Virus record (IMG/VR): IMGVR_UViG_3300047546_000414
Reading direction: 5' to 3' (one strand)
Source: an uncultured virus (IMG/VR IMGVR_UViG_3300047546_000414)
Lineage: Duplodnaviria; Heunggongvirae; Uroviricota; Caudoviricetes
Length of the DNA stretch: 64,000 bases
Part shown: positions 7,878-15,782 of the stretch, one piece after another
Numbering within the stretch: position 1 is the first letter of the stretch
How the letters are laid out: each line of letters starts with the position of its first letter
The notes under the pieces: model-generated
The model's input: the letters and a program-made list of their open reading frames with translations, nothing else
What the model was told of the DNA's origin: nothing
Database searches by the model: none
Translations under genes and position numbers: made by a program

Positions 7878-8060
7878 TAATCAGTCTCCTGTGCTCTTTG
7901 ATATTGCTCTAGTTCATTTTGTACATCCCAGAATTCTTCCATAACCTTGTCATATCTGTCAAGTATTGCTTGAGGGATATCTACAAGCTCTGTATCAAAC
8001 GAACTATCAGGTTCAATGATATCATATATTGCGGAATTTACCAAGGCGATTCTAGGCATT
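7877..8060 (-). CDS. hypothetical protein
   Basis: Acidic C-terminal part of track ORF 7877..8137. Likely start MPRIALV. Confidence 0.55.
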
Positions 8061-8306
8061 GTCCTTAGATTGCTCTTCTTCTGCCTTAATTTGTGCTGCT
8101 GCCTCATTGAATTTATCCATAAAGCGTTGTACCACAAAGTAAGTTACGTCTGCAGCATTCTTGCCCAGCGTAGCAATTGACTCTTCATTCTTTTGCTGCT
8201 CTTCAGGTAATTGATTAAACCATTTCTGATATACCTCAACAACAATGTCTGAGACAATTCCTTCAAGCATGCTTTGTTGCTTTTCGATCATTGGATCTTT
8301 TTCCAT
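8052..8306 (-). CDS. hypothetical helical protein
   Basis: ORF track. Coupled to its neighbours. Confidence 0.65.
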   Translation of the reverse strand: MEKDPMIEKQQSMLEGIVSDIVVEVYQKWFNQLPEEQQKNEESIATLGKNAADVTYFVVQRFMDKFNEAAAQIKAEEEQSKDNA

Positions 8307-9241
8307 TATTTGGTTGCCTTTTCTATATTAATTAAAGAACCGCCCTTTACTTTGCCGTTCTCTACAATTGTAGCAGTGGATTTTAAAAGATTATAAAGTT
8401 CGTCATATGTTAAGCTTGGCTTAACCATTTTTACAGTAGCCCACTGCATTGCTGCTACTTGATTTGCTGCAGATGTGCCAACTACAGTTGTTATTTCTCC
8501 ACCTGGAAACACAGCATTTCTGTGATGGCCTAAAGCATAGAAATCAACTTGAGAAGGAGTTCCATTGCTATAAGTTGCAATAATATTTCTTTCGTCTACA
8601 GAGCCCACTGTAATTGCCTGTGGGATACAACTTGGATAATCTACTTGTTTTAAATCTCCGTCATTACCTGCTGGGAAGAATAGGGCAACGTTTAATTGCT
8701 TAAGCTTATCAGCATAAGGAGTAATTAAATTATTTGGACATAGTTGTTTTAAAGTGGCTGCGTCATGAGTACTTTGGCTCATTGCAACTGCAGCAACATT
8801 ATATTTATCTTTGTTGGCAATTACCCAATCCAATGCTCGTGTAACTGATGTTGCTGTTGGATTTACTCTATATCCGTTATAGTATCCAACAATTCTAACA
8901 AAAACTACGTTAACATATGCATTAGTTTTAACTGCAATTGAAGCCATTGCTGTGCCGTGTCTAAATCCTGCAGATTTAAGAATTTGAGGAGCAAGGCTAG
9001 ATGCGGATCCAGAACCTTCCTGGAATTGAGTATTGTTTGGGCATACTGTTAAAGCATTCTCCAAAACACATACTTCTTGAATAACTCTTTCTTTAAAAAT
9101 TGGAAGTGAGGCATCAATTGATGTATCTAAAATTACAACTGATGGCTTAATTGGCTCAGCTTGAGCCTTTAGCGCAGAACATCCTGCTATAGTAGTAAGT
9201 ATAAGTATTGTGGTCAATGCGACCTTTGTTATTTTATTCAT
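8306..9241 (-). CDS. secreted subtilisin-like serine protease (peptidase S8)
   Basis: Signal peptide (possible lipobox IAGC). Catalytic D (VILDTS), H (HGTAMAS), oxyanion N (AGND) and S (GTSAA). Confidence 0.85.
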   Translation of the reverse strand: MNKITKVALTTILILTTIAGCSALKAQAEPIKPSVVILDTSIDASLPIFKERVIQEVCVLENALTVCPNNTQFQEGSGSASSLAPQILKSAGFRHGTAMASIAVKTNAYVNVVFVRIVGYYNGYRVNPTATSVTRALDWVIANKDKYNVAAVAMSQSTHDAATLKQLCPNNLITPYADKLKQLNVALFFPAGNDGDLKQVDYPSCIPQAITVGSVDERNIIATYSNGTPSQVDFYALGHHRNAVFPGGEITTVVGTSAANQVAAMQWATVKMVKPSLTYDELYNLLKSTATIVENGKVKGGSLINIEKATK

Positions 9242-9247
9242 TGCTCT

Positions 9248-9276
9248 ATTCTATTAAATGTAGTTTGGTTTGTCAA
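9248..9276 (-). promoter_or_regulatory. sigma70-type promoter for a leaderless S8 protease mRNA
   Basis: TTGACA-N17-TAGAAT with ATG 6 nt downstream of the -10. Confidence 0.75.
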
Positions 9277-9279
9277 TAG

Positions 9280-9840
9280 TTATAATTCTATATAATGATA
9301 AGGTGGGCATACTCCCACAGAAAATTGAGATGCTGCAGACAATGCTAACTCCATACGCTTATAAGGATCTCTCATGTTTTGAGTTGAATGTAATGAGCCT
9401 AGGGCAAAGTCCATACCTATACCCTCTGCATAATATGGAATAATGTTTTCTCCAACCTGAAAATCATCATCTACATAAAAAAGTCTGCCTGTTCCTCTTA
9501 CTGAAACTAGGAATATTCCGCCTTGATCTCCGTCTTCAACATTTGGGCCAAAGTTTCCGTACCCGCCACCTTTAAATGCATCTTTAACTGAATCAACAAA
9601 TTTAGTTCTCATAAATTTATCTAAAGCTTTTGGACTTCCAGTAAATCTTGGTGGGACCCATTCATATTGAAGAATTTGACCCATTCTAAAACTATCAACA
9701 AATGCTATGCCAAATTGTCCTACTGTAAAAACCTTTGGACTTTTTTGAGCAAAGATGTGTCCGCCTTTTTCATCAACGGCTGCTGAATCAGAGCCCATAT
9801 AAACTTTTCCGCTTTTGATGAGTCCAACGACACAAGTCAT
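9280..9840 (-). CDS. Ntn-hydrolase, proteasome-beta/HslV-like peptidase
   Basis: N-terminal Thr nucleophile (MTCVVG), GSDS, PKVF Lys, and YAEGIG at the usual GSG position. Confidence 0.75.
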   Translation of the reverse strand: MTCVVGLIKSGKVYMGSDSAAVDEKGGHIFAQKSPKVFTVGQFGIAFVDSFRMGQILQYEWVPPRFTGSPKALDKFMRTKFVDSVKDAFKGGGYGNFGPNVEDGDQGGIFLVSVRGTGRLFYVDDDFQVGENIIPYYAEGIGMDFALGSLHSTQNMRDPYKRMELALSAASQFSVGVCPPYHYIEL

Positions 9841-10071
9841 TTATATATTCTTTCTTAGTTTAGTTTTATTGTTTAATAGTTGTATTAAGTTTTCTACTTT
9901 TTGCTCTTGAAGATATTGATTGATTCTTATCTTAAGAACCAACAAAAGAATAATTGGGACTAAAAGATCCTGTCCAGATTGCCATCTGTGGTACATAAAC
10001 CAAGCTATAGCTATGTTTACAATTGTGGTTAAGCCAATGCCGTACCACTTAAGTCTTTTTTCAGATATCAT
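9841..10071 (-). CDS. small membrane protein
   Basis: Two hydrophobic segments. Leaderless promoter TGGACA-N17-TACAAT upstream. Confidence 0.6.
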   Translation of the reverse strand: MISEKRLKWYGIGLTTIVNIAIAWFMYHRWQSGQDLLVPIILLLVLKIRINQYLQEQKVENLIQLLNNKTKLRKNI

Positions 10072-10109
10072 ATACCTATTGTATAATATTGTAAATTTGA
10101 TGTCCAGCT

Positions 10110-10397
10110 CTATTTTAAGGTTAGTTTGGACATTAATTCGCTTAATTCATAATTTACCTTGGCTAATTTTTCAAGGGTTTCGTAATATTTTGCTTGCCAA
10201 ATTAACAATTCATTCTCAGACATTAGCAAGGCATTTTTAAGTTTTTCTAATTCTAATTTAAGCTCAATTTTGCTATGCTCAATATCTTCTTCATATGCCT
10301 TACGGGAACTACGCTTGCCCCAAGCTTCTATTAATTTGGCAGCAGAACCTCCAAAGACTGCCATTAATAGCATCAATATTGTTTCTGAAGTTGTCAT
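10110..10397 (-). CDS. membrane-anchored coiled-coil protein
   Basis: N-terminal TM plus heptad helix. Start placed 7 nt after TATAAT. Confidence 0.6.
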   Translation of the reverse strand: MTTSETILMLLMAVFGGSAAKLIEAWGKRSSRKAYEEDIEHSKIELKLELEKLKNALLMSENELLIWQAKYYETLEKLAKVNYELSELMSKLTLK

Positions 10398-10435
10398 ATT
10401 AAACATTATATGACAATTATATCAAAAAATGTATT

Positions 10436-10672
10436 TTAAACTAAGAGCTCATCTGCTAATATTGGTTGACCAATATAGCGCTTTTTAATAATGTAGTCCT
10501 TAACATGATCTGGTCCAAACTGCCTGCCAGCCAAAATAATTGTCCAGCGTGGCTCAAATTTAGACACAATACATGTTTCACACATTAACAAGTTAATTGT
10601 TAGTAATGCTGATTTTTTTGTGTTTAACTTATTCTTACTTTTGTTGCAAGAATAACAAAGAATTTTTTCCAT
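10436..10672 (-). CDS. Zn-finger hypothetical protein
   Basis: CYSC...CETC, EPRW. Confidence 0.7.
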   Translation of the reverse strand: MEKILCYSCNKSKNKLNTKKSALLTINLLMCETCIVSKFEPRWTIILAGRQFGPDHVKDYIIKKRYIGQPILADELLV

Positions 10673-10866
10673 TAATCTTCCTCTACGTGTGAAATTACAA
10701 ATTCATCCATAATTGTAAAATCACTATTTTCAATTGTTTCTTCATAATCAATGCCGTCTTTTTTATATCTAACTACAGAAGCATATGTTCCTAAAGATTC
10801 CACATCTCCATAAACCTGTTCTTCATGTAACCACACAATTAGATACTTATCGTAATATTCTTTCAC
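10672..10866 (-). CDS. hypothetical protein
   Basis: ORF track. Coupled. Confidence 0.6.
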   Translation of the reverse strand: MKEYYDKYLIVWLHEEQVYGDVESLGTYASVVRYKKDGIDYEETIENSDFTIMDEFVISHVEED

Positions 10867-11134
10867 CTTTGGCTCCCTCTAGTTCAACACGAACCCCATA
10901 AGATTCTAAGACACGCTTTACCATTTCAATGTAGTCTATGATTCTCATTCTTTCAGAATCTCCATACTGCATGAAATTAGATTCATATAACCTAATTGCT
11001 AAAAAATCTGGAAACTTAACTATGTCCATTTGTAAACCATGGACTGGTTGTTTTATTTCTCTTACTTTCTTAGCCATTTCTTTTGTGTAGAATACTGGTT
11101 TATTTATTTCACCTGTCCATTGATTAATGTCCAT
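10847..11134 (-). CDS. hypothetical protein
   Basis: ORF track. Coupled downstream of whiB. Confidence 0.65.
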   Translation of the reverse strand: MDINQWTGEINKPVFYTKEMAKKVREIKQPVHGLQMDIVKFPDFLAIRLYESNFMQYGDSERMRIIDYIEMVKRVLESYGVRVELEGAKGERILR

Positions 11135-11435
11135 GCTTTACCTTTAATCTATTCCACACTTCTTCAGTTTTATGAATATTACGTGATTTATCTGTTGTAC
11201 CAGAAGTAAGGTATATTCCGCCCCATACTCCGTATTCATTATTTGTATTGCCTGCCCGTAGACATTCTTTGGCTACTGGGCAACTAATGCAACACTCGTC
11301 AATGCTTTTAGCTATGTTAAAATCTGCTTCATACTTATCGTAAAATAAGTTTGTGTCCATCCCATTGCATACCGCAAGATGCCACCATTCAAAATCATCT
11401 GGGTCTACACCTAGATCATTTAATATATTTGACAT
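11124..11435 (-). CDS. whiB: WhiB-family Fe-S transcription factor
   Basis: W-x3-A-x-C...LFY...CxxCPVxxxC...EYGVWGG. Confidence 0.92.
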   Translation of the reverse strand: MSNILNDLGVDPDDFEWWHLAVCNGMDTNLFYDKYEADFNIAKSIDECCISCPVAKECLRAGNTNNEYGVWGGIYLTSGTTDKSRNIHKTEEVWNRLKVKHGH

Positions 11436-11646
11436 ATCTGTCAGGGAGTTCCCATGTCCCCTTATCATTCATGGCAAATCTATTTGTTAGACCCCATGTA
11501 TTATTTCTAAACATGCCCCGCTTATTAGAAAAACCAGAAGCATCTCTTTTCCAAACAACTAACGTGTAGCCGTCCCAGAAAGCATCCTGATAATCTGTTT
11601 TAAAATTTTTAATAAGCTGATTTACTTTGTTTTCTTTTACTAACAC
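11416..11646 (-). CDS. hypothetical protein
   Basis: GTG start chosen to avoid overlapping tRNA-Asn. WDGY...WG motif. Confidence 0.65.
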   Translation of the reverse strand: MLVKENKVNQLIKNFKTDYQDAFWDGYTLVVWKRDASGFSNKRGMFRNNTWGLTNRFAMNDKGTWELPDRYVKYIK

Positions 11647-11664
11647 TTTTTCTCTTTTCTCGTG

Positions 11665-11737
11665 CTGGTCCACCTGGACTCGAACCAGGGACCTAGAAGT
11701 TAACAGCTTCCCGCTCTGCCGACTGAGCTATGGACCA
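11665..11737 (-). tRNA. tRNA-Asn(GUU)
   Basis: TGGTCCA...TGGACCA-G, anticodon loop CTGTTAA, T-loop GTTCGAGTC. Confidence 0.93.
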
Positions 11738-11742
11738 AAGGG

Positions 11743-11789
11743 AAAGCCCCGTGGTATATATTATACTGTTTTCCACAGGGCCTTGTCAA
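11743..11789 (-). promoter_or_regulatory. consensus promoter with -10 inside a terminator-like hairpin
   Basis: TTGACA-N18-TATAAT. Arms AAGGCCCTGTGG / CCACGGGGCTTT enclose the -10. Confidence 0.75.
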
Positions 11790-11795
11790 TCTAAT

Positions 11796-11942
11796 TTAAT
11801 TAATTTTTACAACTTTTTTTACATTTATTGATTTTACTTCTTGATCTGAACCAATAATATCTTTTACATAGTCTACGGCATCTTCAGGCGAAAAAGCCTC
11901 AATTTCTAAATCCGCTTCTATTTTAACCTTGTATTGGTCCAT
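11796..11942 (-). CDS. small hypothetical protein (48 aa), leaderless
   Basis: MDQYKVKIEADLEIEAFSPEDAVDYVKDIIG..., ATG 6 nt after TATAAT. Not in the track. Confidence 0.65.
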   Translation of the reverse strand: MDQYKVKIEADLEIEAFSPEDAVDYVKDIIGSDQEVKSINVKKVVKIN

Positions 11943-11954
11943 GTATATATTATA

Positions 11955-12098
11955 CTACTTTTGAGATTTTTTATCTACCCTAGGGTATTTTTCTATATAA
12001 GACTTTATTGTGCCATCTTTTCTCATTCTAACTATCCAACCATTTTTAATTTGAATTGGATTAAAGCCATGATGAGGCTTGTATTGTCCAGAGCTCAT
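11955..12098 (-). CDS. small basic hypothetical protein (47 aa)
   Basis: MSSGQYKPHHGFNPIQIKNGWIVRMRKDGTIK..., not in the track. Confidence 0.6.
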   Translation of the reverse strand: MSSGQYKPHHGFNPIQIKNGWIVRMRKDGTIKSYIEKYPRVDKKSQK

Positions 12099-12099
12099 T

Positions 12100-12294
12100 T
12101 TAGTCTTCCTTTCTTAATGGAATAGTCGCCAACCAAATAACTGTAGAAATTACAGTTGCTACTCCAACGACTTGTTGTGCCGTTCCAGTAAGGGTAAGCC
12201 AGGCTATAAAAAAGCCTAAAAGAGTAAATATCTGAGCGATACTTTCTTTAATTACTTCCCAAGCATAGTTTAGGACTGCTTTAATTATTTTCAT
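12100..12294 (-). CDS. small two-TM membrane protein coupled to the PA14 protein
   Basis: ATGA overlap. Amphipathic helix plus two TM segments. Confidence 0.7.
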   Translation of the reverse strand: MKIIKAVLNYAWEVIKESIAQIFTLLGFFIAWLTLTGTAQQVVGVATVISTVIWLATIPLRKED

Positions 12295-14213
12295 CCTATC
12301 CTCCTTGTCATGGCTGCTGCCACAATGTTTGACGCAATGATAACTGGAATAACTACTTCTTGTGCTTTTTCCCTTTGATCATCTGTCATATCTTTACCCC
12401 ATTCTGTAGGGCTCAGCAATTTTTCAAAATCTATATCTGTTAACATTCCAAGAGGATCTGCAAGAAAAGCTTCTGCTTTTATTTCAGTAGTTGCATCTGC
12501 TAAAGTATACGGCATTGGAGCGTTTGCATTCTCTTTAATTCTATCACCAAATTGCTCCAAAGCCTGTGCAATAGATTCATCAGACTTTGCTAAATTAGCT
12601 ACAAGGGCTATTTCTTTTACTGATATACCAAGACCTTCTGCTACCGCCGCTTTTTGTTCTGGGGTCAGTTTAGTTAATGTGTCCTTACTTGTTAAATCTG
12701 CAATTAGATTTGCCGTTTCTTCTGTGATAGCATTATGTTGTGATGGTTTTTCAGAAGGTTCAACAGGAGTTGGCTTTGGTTCAGGAGTTGGCTCTGGATC
12801 TGTATCCGATGGCAGAGGTGAAGGCTCTGGTGAAGGCTCAACAGTGGGCTCTGGATCAACAGTTGGTTCTGTCGTCGGTTCATCTGTGGTATCAGAACTT
12901 GGCTCTGGAGTGGGATCGACTGGTTTTGTTTGCTCAGGCGATGGCTCAGGAGAAGGCTCAGGCGTAGGAGCAATTGTTGATTCTGGTGTAGGCTGTGGTT
13001 GATTTGCCATAGCTGCCGCAATTGCTGCTTGAACTCTCTGTTGCTCTTCTATTTGCCAAGTAGAGTTATATGAATCCCAAGCATCATCTATTGCATCATT
13101 CATATCTATTATTGCTTGATCATAAGCCGCAATTGCATTATTTTTATCTGTTAATGCTGTGGCGGTATTAGAAACCGCAGTATTATATGCAGCAGTCTTT
13201 GTAGATAATGTTTGATTGTATGTATTTAAAGTAGAGTTAGCTGAATTGTATATAGATAATTTATCATCATATGTTGCTTGTGCTGCTTGTTGTGCAGCAA
13301 CTGCTGTATTATATGCATCTATTTCTGCTTGAGTAGATCCTTGTCCATATGATAAGAACTGTGAAGGTATGCCAGACCAAATTCCGCTATGACCCCATCC
13401 AAGGTGCATTACTCCTGGGCCTCCGCCGTTATACCACCATACTTCTAATTGAAGTATTTTATCTATTGTTGTATCAAAATGTCTTGTATATGGACTCCAT
13501 GTAGCACCTTGTTCACGCCATAATGATGACTCTAAAACTCCATCTACATATATTCTAGATCCATCGTCTGTATATGCTGCAAAGTAGACATCGTTAATGT
13601 CATTAGGAACTGTTAGTGTGGCTGTAAATATGCCTATCATGTTTTGTGAAGCACCACATATTGCCCAGTCTCCAGCGTATGTATAAAATGTAGGTATAGA
13701 TCCTTGGCATATTAATCCAGGATTAGGCGGAAGAACTGCTGTGCTACCACTTCTTACCATTGGATATATTTGAAATGCTACTCCCTGTCCACCATTTGAT
13801 GGAACTGGAGTATTTGAAAGGTTTACATTGGCTACATCTAAAGCATCTTGAGCATTGTTTTTATTTGTTAATGCGGTAGCAACTGTTACTGTTTGACCAT
13901 CTACTGCATTTTGTGCTGCTGTTTTTTCAGATAATGCTGTTGCTTCAGCCTCAACTGCAGCATCATAAGCAGCTATTTTATTATCTCTATTTGTCTTTGC
14001 GGCAACGGCTGCATCATATTTGGATTCTGCTATATCTATTAAATCTTGTGTAGCCTGTTCTTCATTAAGGTTGCCAACCTTTTCATTTAATTCTGCTATT
14101 TCTTGAGCGGCTATGCTTAACGGATCATCACTATAAGAAGCAGGAGTCATAAATAGCCAACCAAATCCTAATATAGCGGCTAATGAGAGTCTCCATAATT
14201 TAGTTCTAGTCAA
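12291..14213 (-). CDS. secreted/surface protein: coiled coil, PA14 domain, coiled coil, Pro/Glu/Thr linker, C-terminal membrane anchor
   Basis: Signal peptide. PA14 core FAAYTDDGSRIYVDG...W.EQG...EVWWYNGGG. PEPSPEP repeats. Hydrophobic VVIPVIIASNIVAAAM-TRR tail. Confidence 0.8.
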   Translation of the reverse strand: MTRTKLWRLSLAAILGFGWLFMTPASYSDDPLSIAAQEIAELNEKVGNLNEEQATQDLIDIAESKYDAAVAAKTNRDNKIAAYDAAVEAEATALSEKTAAQNAVDGQTVTVATALTNKNNAQDALDVANVNLSNTPVPSNGGQGVAFQIYPMVRSGSTAVLPPNPGLICQGSIPTFYTYAGDWAICGASQNMIGIFTATLTVPNDINDVYFAAYTDDGSRIYVDGVLESSLWREQGATWSPYTRHFDTTIDKILQLEVWWYNGGGPGVMHLGWGHSGIWSGIPSQFLSYGQGSTQAEIDAYNTAVAAQQAAQATYDDKLSIYNSANSTLNTYNQTLSTKTAAYNTAVSNTATALTDKNNAIAAYDQAIIDMNDAIDDAWDSYNSTWQIEEQQRVQAAIAAAMANQPQPTPESTIAPTPEPSPEPSPEQTKPVDPTPEPSSDTTDEPTTEPTVDPEPTVEPSPEPSPLPSDTDPEPTPEPKPTPVEPSEKPSQHNAITEETANLIADLTSKDTLTKLTPEQKAAVAEGLGISVKEIALVANLAKSDESIAQALEQFGDRIKENANAPMPYTLADATTEIKAEAFLADPLGMLTDIDFEKLLSPTEWGKDMTDDQREKAQEVVIPVIIASNIVAAAMTRRIG

Positions 14214-14264
14214 CTATAATCTCCTAAGCAAAACTATGTTTGCTTATTTAATTATATCATCTAA

Positions 14265-14447
14265 CTACTTAGCGTTATCTGTTTTATAAAACCCAGAACC
14301 TTTAAACTGTATACCAAAAGATCCATACTGTTTAACCATTGCAGCACCACATTTTTCACAAAGCTCTGTCATTGTTGCTTCGTTAATAGATTTAGTGATT
14401 TCTTTAACATGTTCGCATATAATGCATTTGTATTCATAAACTGGCAT
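14265..14447 (-). CDS. FmdB-family zinc-ribbon protein
   Basis: MPVYEYKCxxC...CxxCG...FKGSGFYKTD. Confidence 0.9.
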   Translation of the reverse strand: MPVYEYKCIICEHVKEITKSINEATMTELCEKCGAAMVKQYGSFGIQFKGSGFYKTDNAK

Positions 14448-14453
14448 GATTAC

Positions 14454-15167
14454 CTACTTTAACATTGGAAGTTTATTTTTAAGAGCCCACTCCATTTTTG
14501 TCCAAAAAATAGACCAGGTGTATCTAATGCCTTCTTCAATCATTTTTACTCCATGAAGATGATTTTCATCTCCTTTAAAGCAAATTAACATCCCTGGTTC
14601 TGGTTTGATCTCCCAATTCCATTGAGGCATATACAGTTCTCCGCCAACATAATCTGTATTAAAATAAACTAAAGAAGAATAATGTTTGTCATTAAAATCT
14701 TTTTCAAATTCTTCTAATGCATCTTTTGGTAGATTATATTTTTCTAACATTTCAAAATCATGATCTTCTGAAGAGTCGTAATAGTCTATATGTGGTTGCT
14801 GTTCTCTCCCAGGTCTCCATCTATGTAGACCAGACAATTGTAATATAAGAGGGTCCTTAAACCTTTTTTCTACTAATTTTTTAATTTCAAATTCTTTTTG
14901 AATTAAAAATTCATGAGGAAGTTGTGGAAAATAATTTTTAGAATTTACTCTAGATGTTAAATCTAAAGTCATTCCATACCAATGTTTTTTGTCGCCCTCA
15001 CGAGACTTATCTGATTTATAATTTTTATTTTGTTTTTCTTTAGATGTAATTTCCCATGTTTCTTCATCACAAGATTTTAGAATATTTAAAATTTTTTGAA
15101 CTTCTTCTTCATTTAAAAAATTTTTAATAATTAAAACGTCTGGCTCTTTTAGATCAATTATTTCCAT
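14454..15167 (-). CDS. 2OG-Fe(II) oxygenase (prolyl-4-hydroxylase-like)
   Basis: IIKNFL, PHID, SSLVYFNTDYVGGEL, HLHGV and RYT. Confidence 0.88.
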   Translation of the reverse strand: MEIIDLKEPDVLIIKNFLNEEEVQKILNILKSCDEETWEITSKEKQNKNYKSDKSREGDKKHWYGMTLDLTSRVNSKNYFPQLPHEFLIQKEFEIKKLVEKRFKDPLILQLSGLHRWRPGREQQPHIDYYDSSEDHDFEMLEKYNLPKDALEEFEKDFNDKHYSSLVYFNTDYVGGELYMPQWNWEIKPEPGMLICFKGDENHLHGVKMIEEGIRYTWSIFWTKMEWALKNKLPMLK

Positions 15168-15184
15168 TGTTCTCCAATATTAAA

Positions 15185-15214
15185 TGGGCAGTTTACTTGG
15201 CCATGCCCAGGGCC
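15185..15214 (-). ncRNA. compact H-type pseudoknot in a 5' leader
   Basis: GGCC-CUGGGCAU-GGCC-AAGUAAAC-UGCCCA: stem 1 GGCC/GGCC, stem 2 UGGGCA/UGCCCA. Confidence 0.55.
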
Positions 15215-15245
15215 CTTATGCCCGAACTAAGCGGTGCACAATACA

Positions 15246-15274
15246 ATTATACCCCAAGGGGGTAGCATTGTCTA
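15246..15274 (-). promoter_or_regulatory. sigma70-type promoter
   Basis: TAGACA-N17-TATAAT with a small palindrome TACCCC-CTT-GGGGTA in the spacer. Confidence 0.65.
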
Positions 15275-15277
15275 GTG

Positions 15278-15703
15278 TTACTTGATTTTGATTGTTTTAG
15301 GTTTCTTATCTTCAGGAACAATACGCTCTAATGAAATTTTGAGCATACCGTTTTCCGCAACCGCACCAGTTACCTCAATGAATTCTGCAAGAGCAAATTC
15401 ACGGATAAATTTTCTGGTAGCAATTCCACGATGAGCGTATTTAGTCTCATCCTTAGAATCCTTGATCTCTCCCTTTACGGTCAAGACTTGTTCCTTAATT
15501 GAAACATCAAGGTCTTCTCTAGCAAATCCCGCAACTGCCAGCTCGATAAAGAATTTATCTTCATCGTCTGTTGTAATTACGTTATATGGTGGATAATTTG
15601 TGCCTGAAGCGTGGGTGTGGATTCTTGACAACTTGTCAAAATCACGATTGAACCCTATAAAAAATGGATCATTAAAAAAATCCATTGCAAATTGTGTTAC
15701 CAT
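15278..15703 (-). CDS. small heat-shock protein (Hsp20/IbpA family)
   Basis: YPPYNV, IELAVAGF, HRGIATRKFIREF, AENGML and PEDKKPK.I.I motifs. Confidence 0.95.
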   Translation of the reverse strand: MVTQFAMDFFNDPFFIGFNRDFDKLSRIHTHASGTNYPPYNVITTDDEDKFFIELAVAGFAREDLDVSIKEQVLTVKGEIKDSKDETKYAHRGIATRKFIREFALAEFIEVTGAVAENGMLKISLERIVPEDKKPKTIKIK

Positions 15704-15763
15704 TTTATTCCTCCTTTAAGCGAATAAATTAATATACGGGCCCCTAATGGCGACCCGTATATT
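15704..15763 (-). promoter_or_regulatory. structured hsp20 5' leader, ROSE-like SD-sequestering hairpin
   Basis: Hairpin ATACGGG...CCCGTAT, then TTTATTCGCTT-A-AAGGAGGAATAAA-ATG, with UCGCU facing the SD. Confidence 0.55.
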
Positions 15764-15782
15764 ATTATATCAAATGATTAAA

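Noticed and set aside
12704..13021. Alternate-frame Gln/Leu-rich ORF and periodic DNA in the PA14 gene
   Set aside because: By-product of the PEPS/PEPT linker repeats. It is not a CRISPR array or a separate gene.
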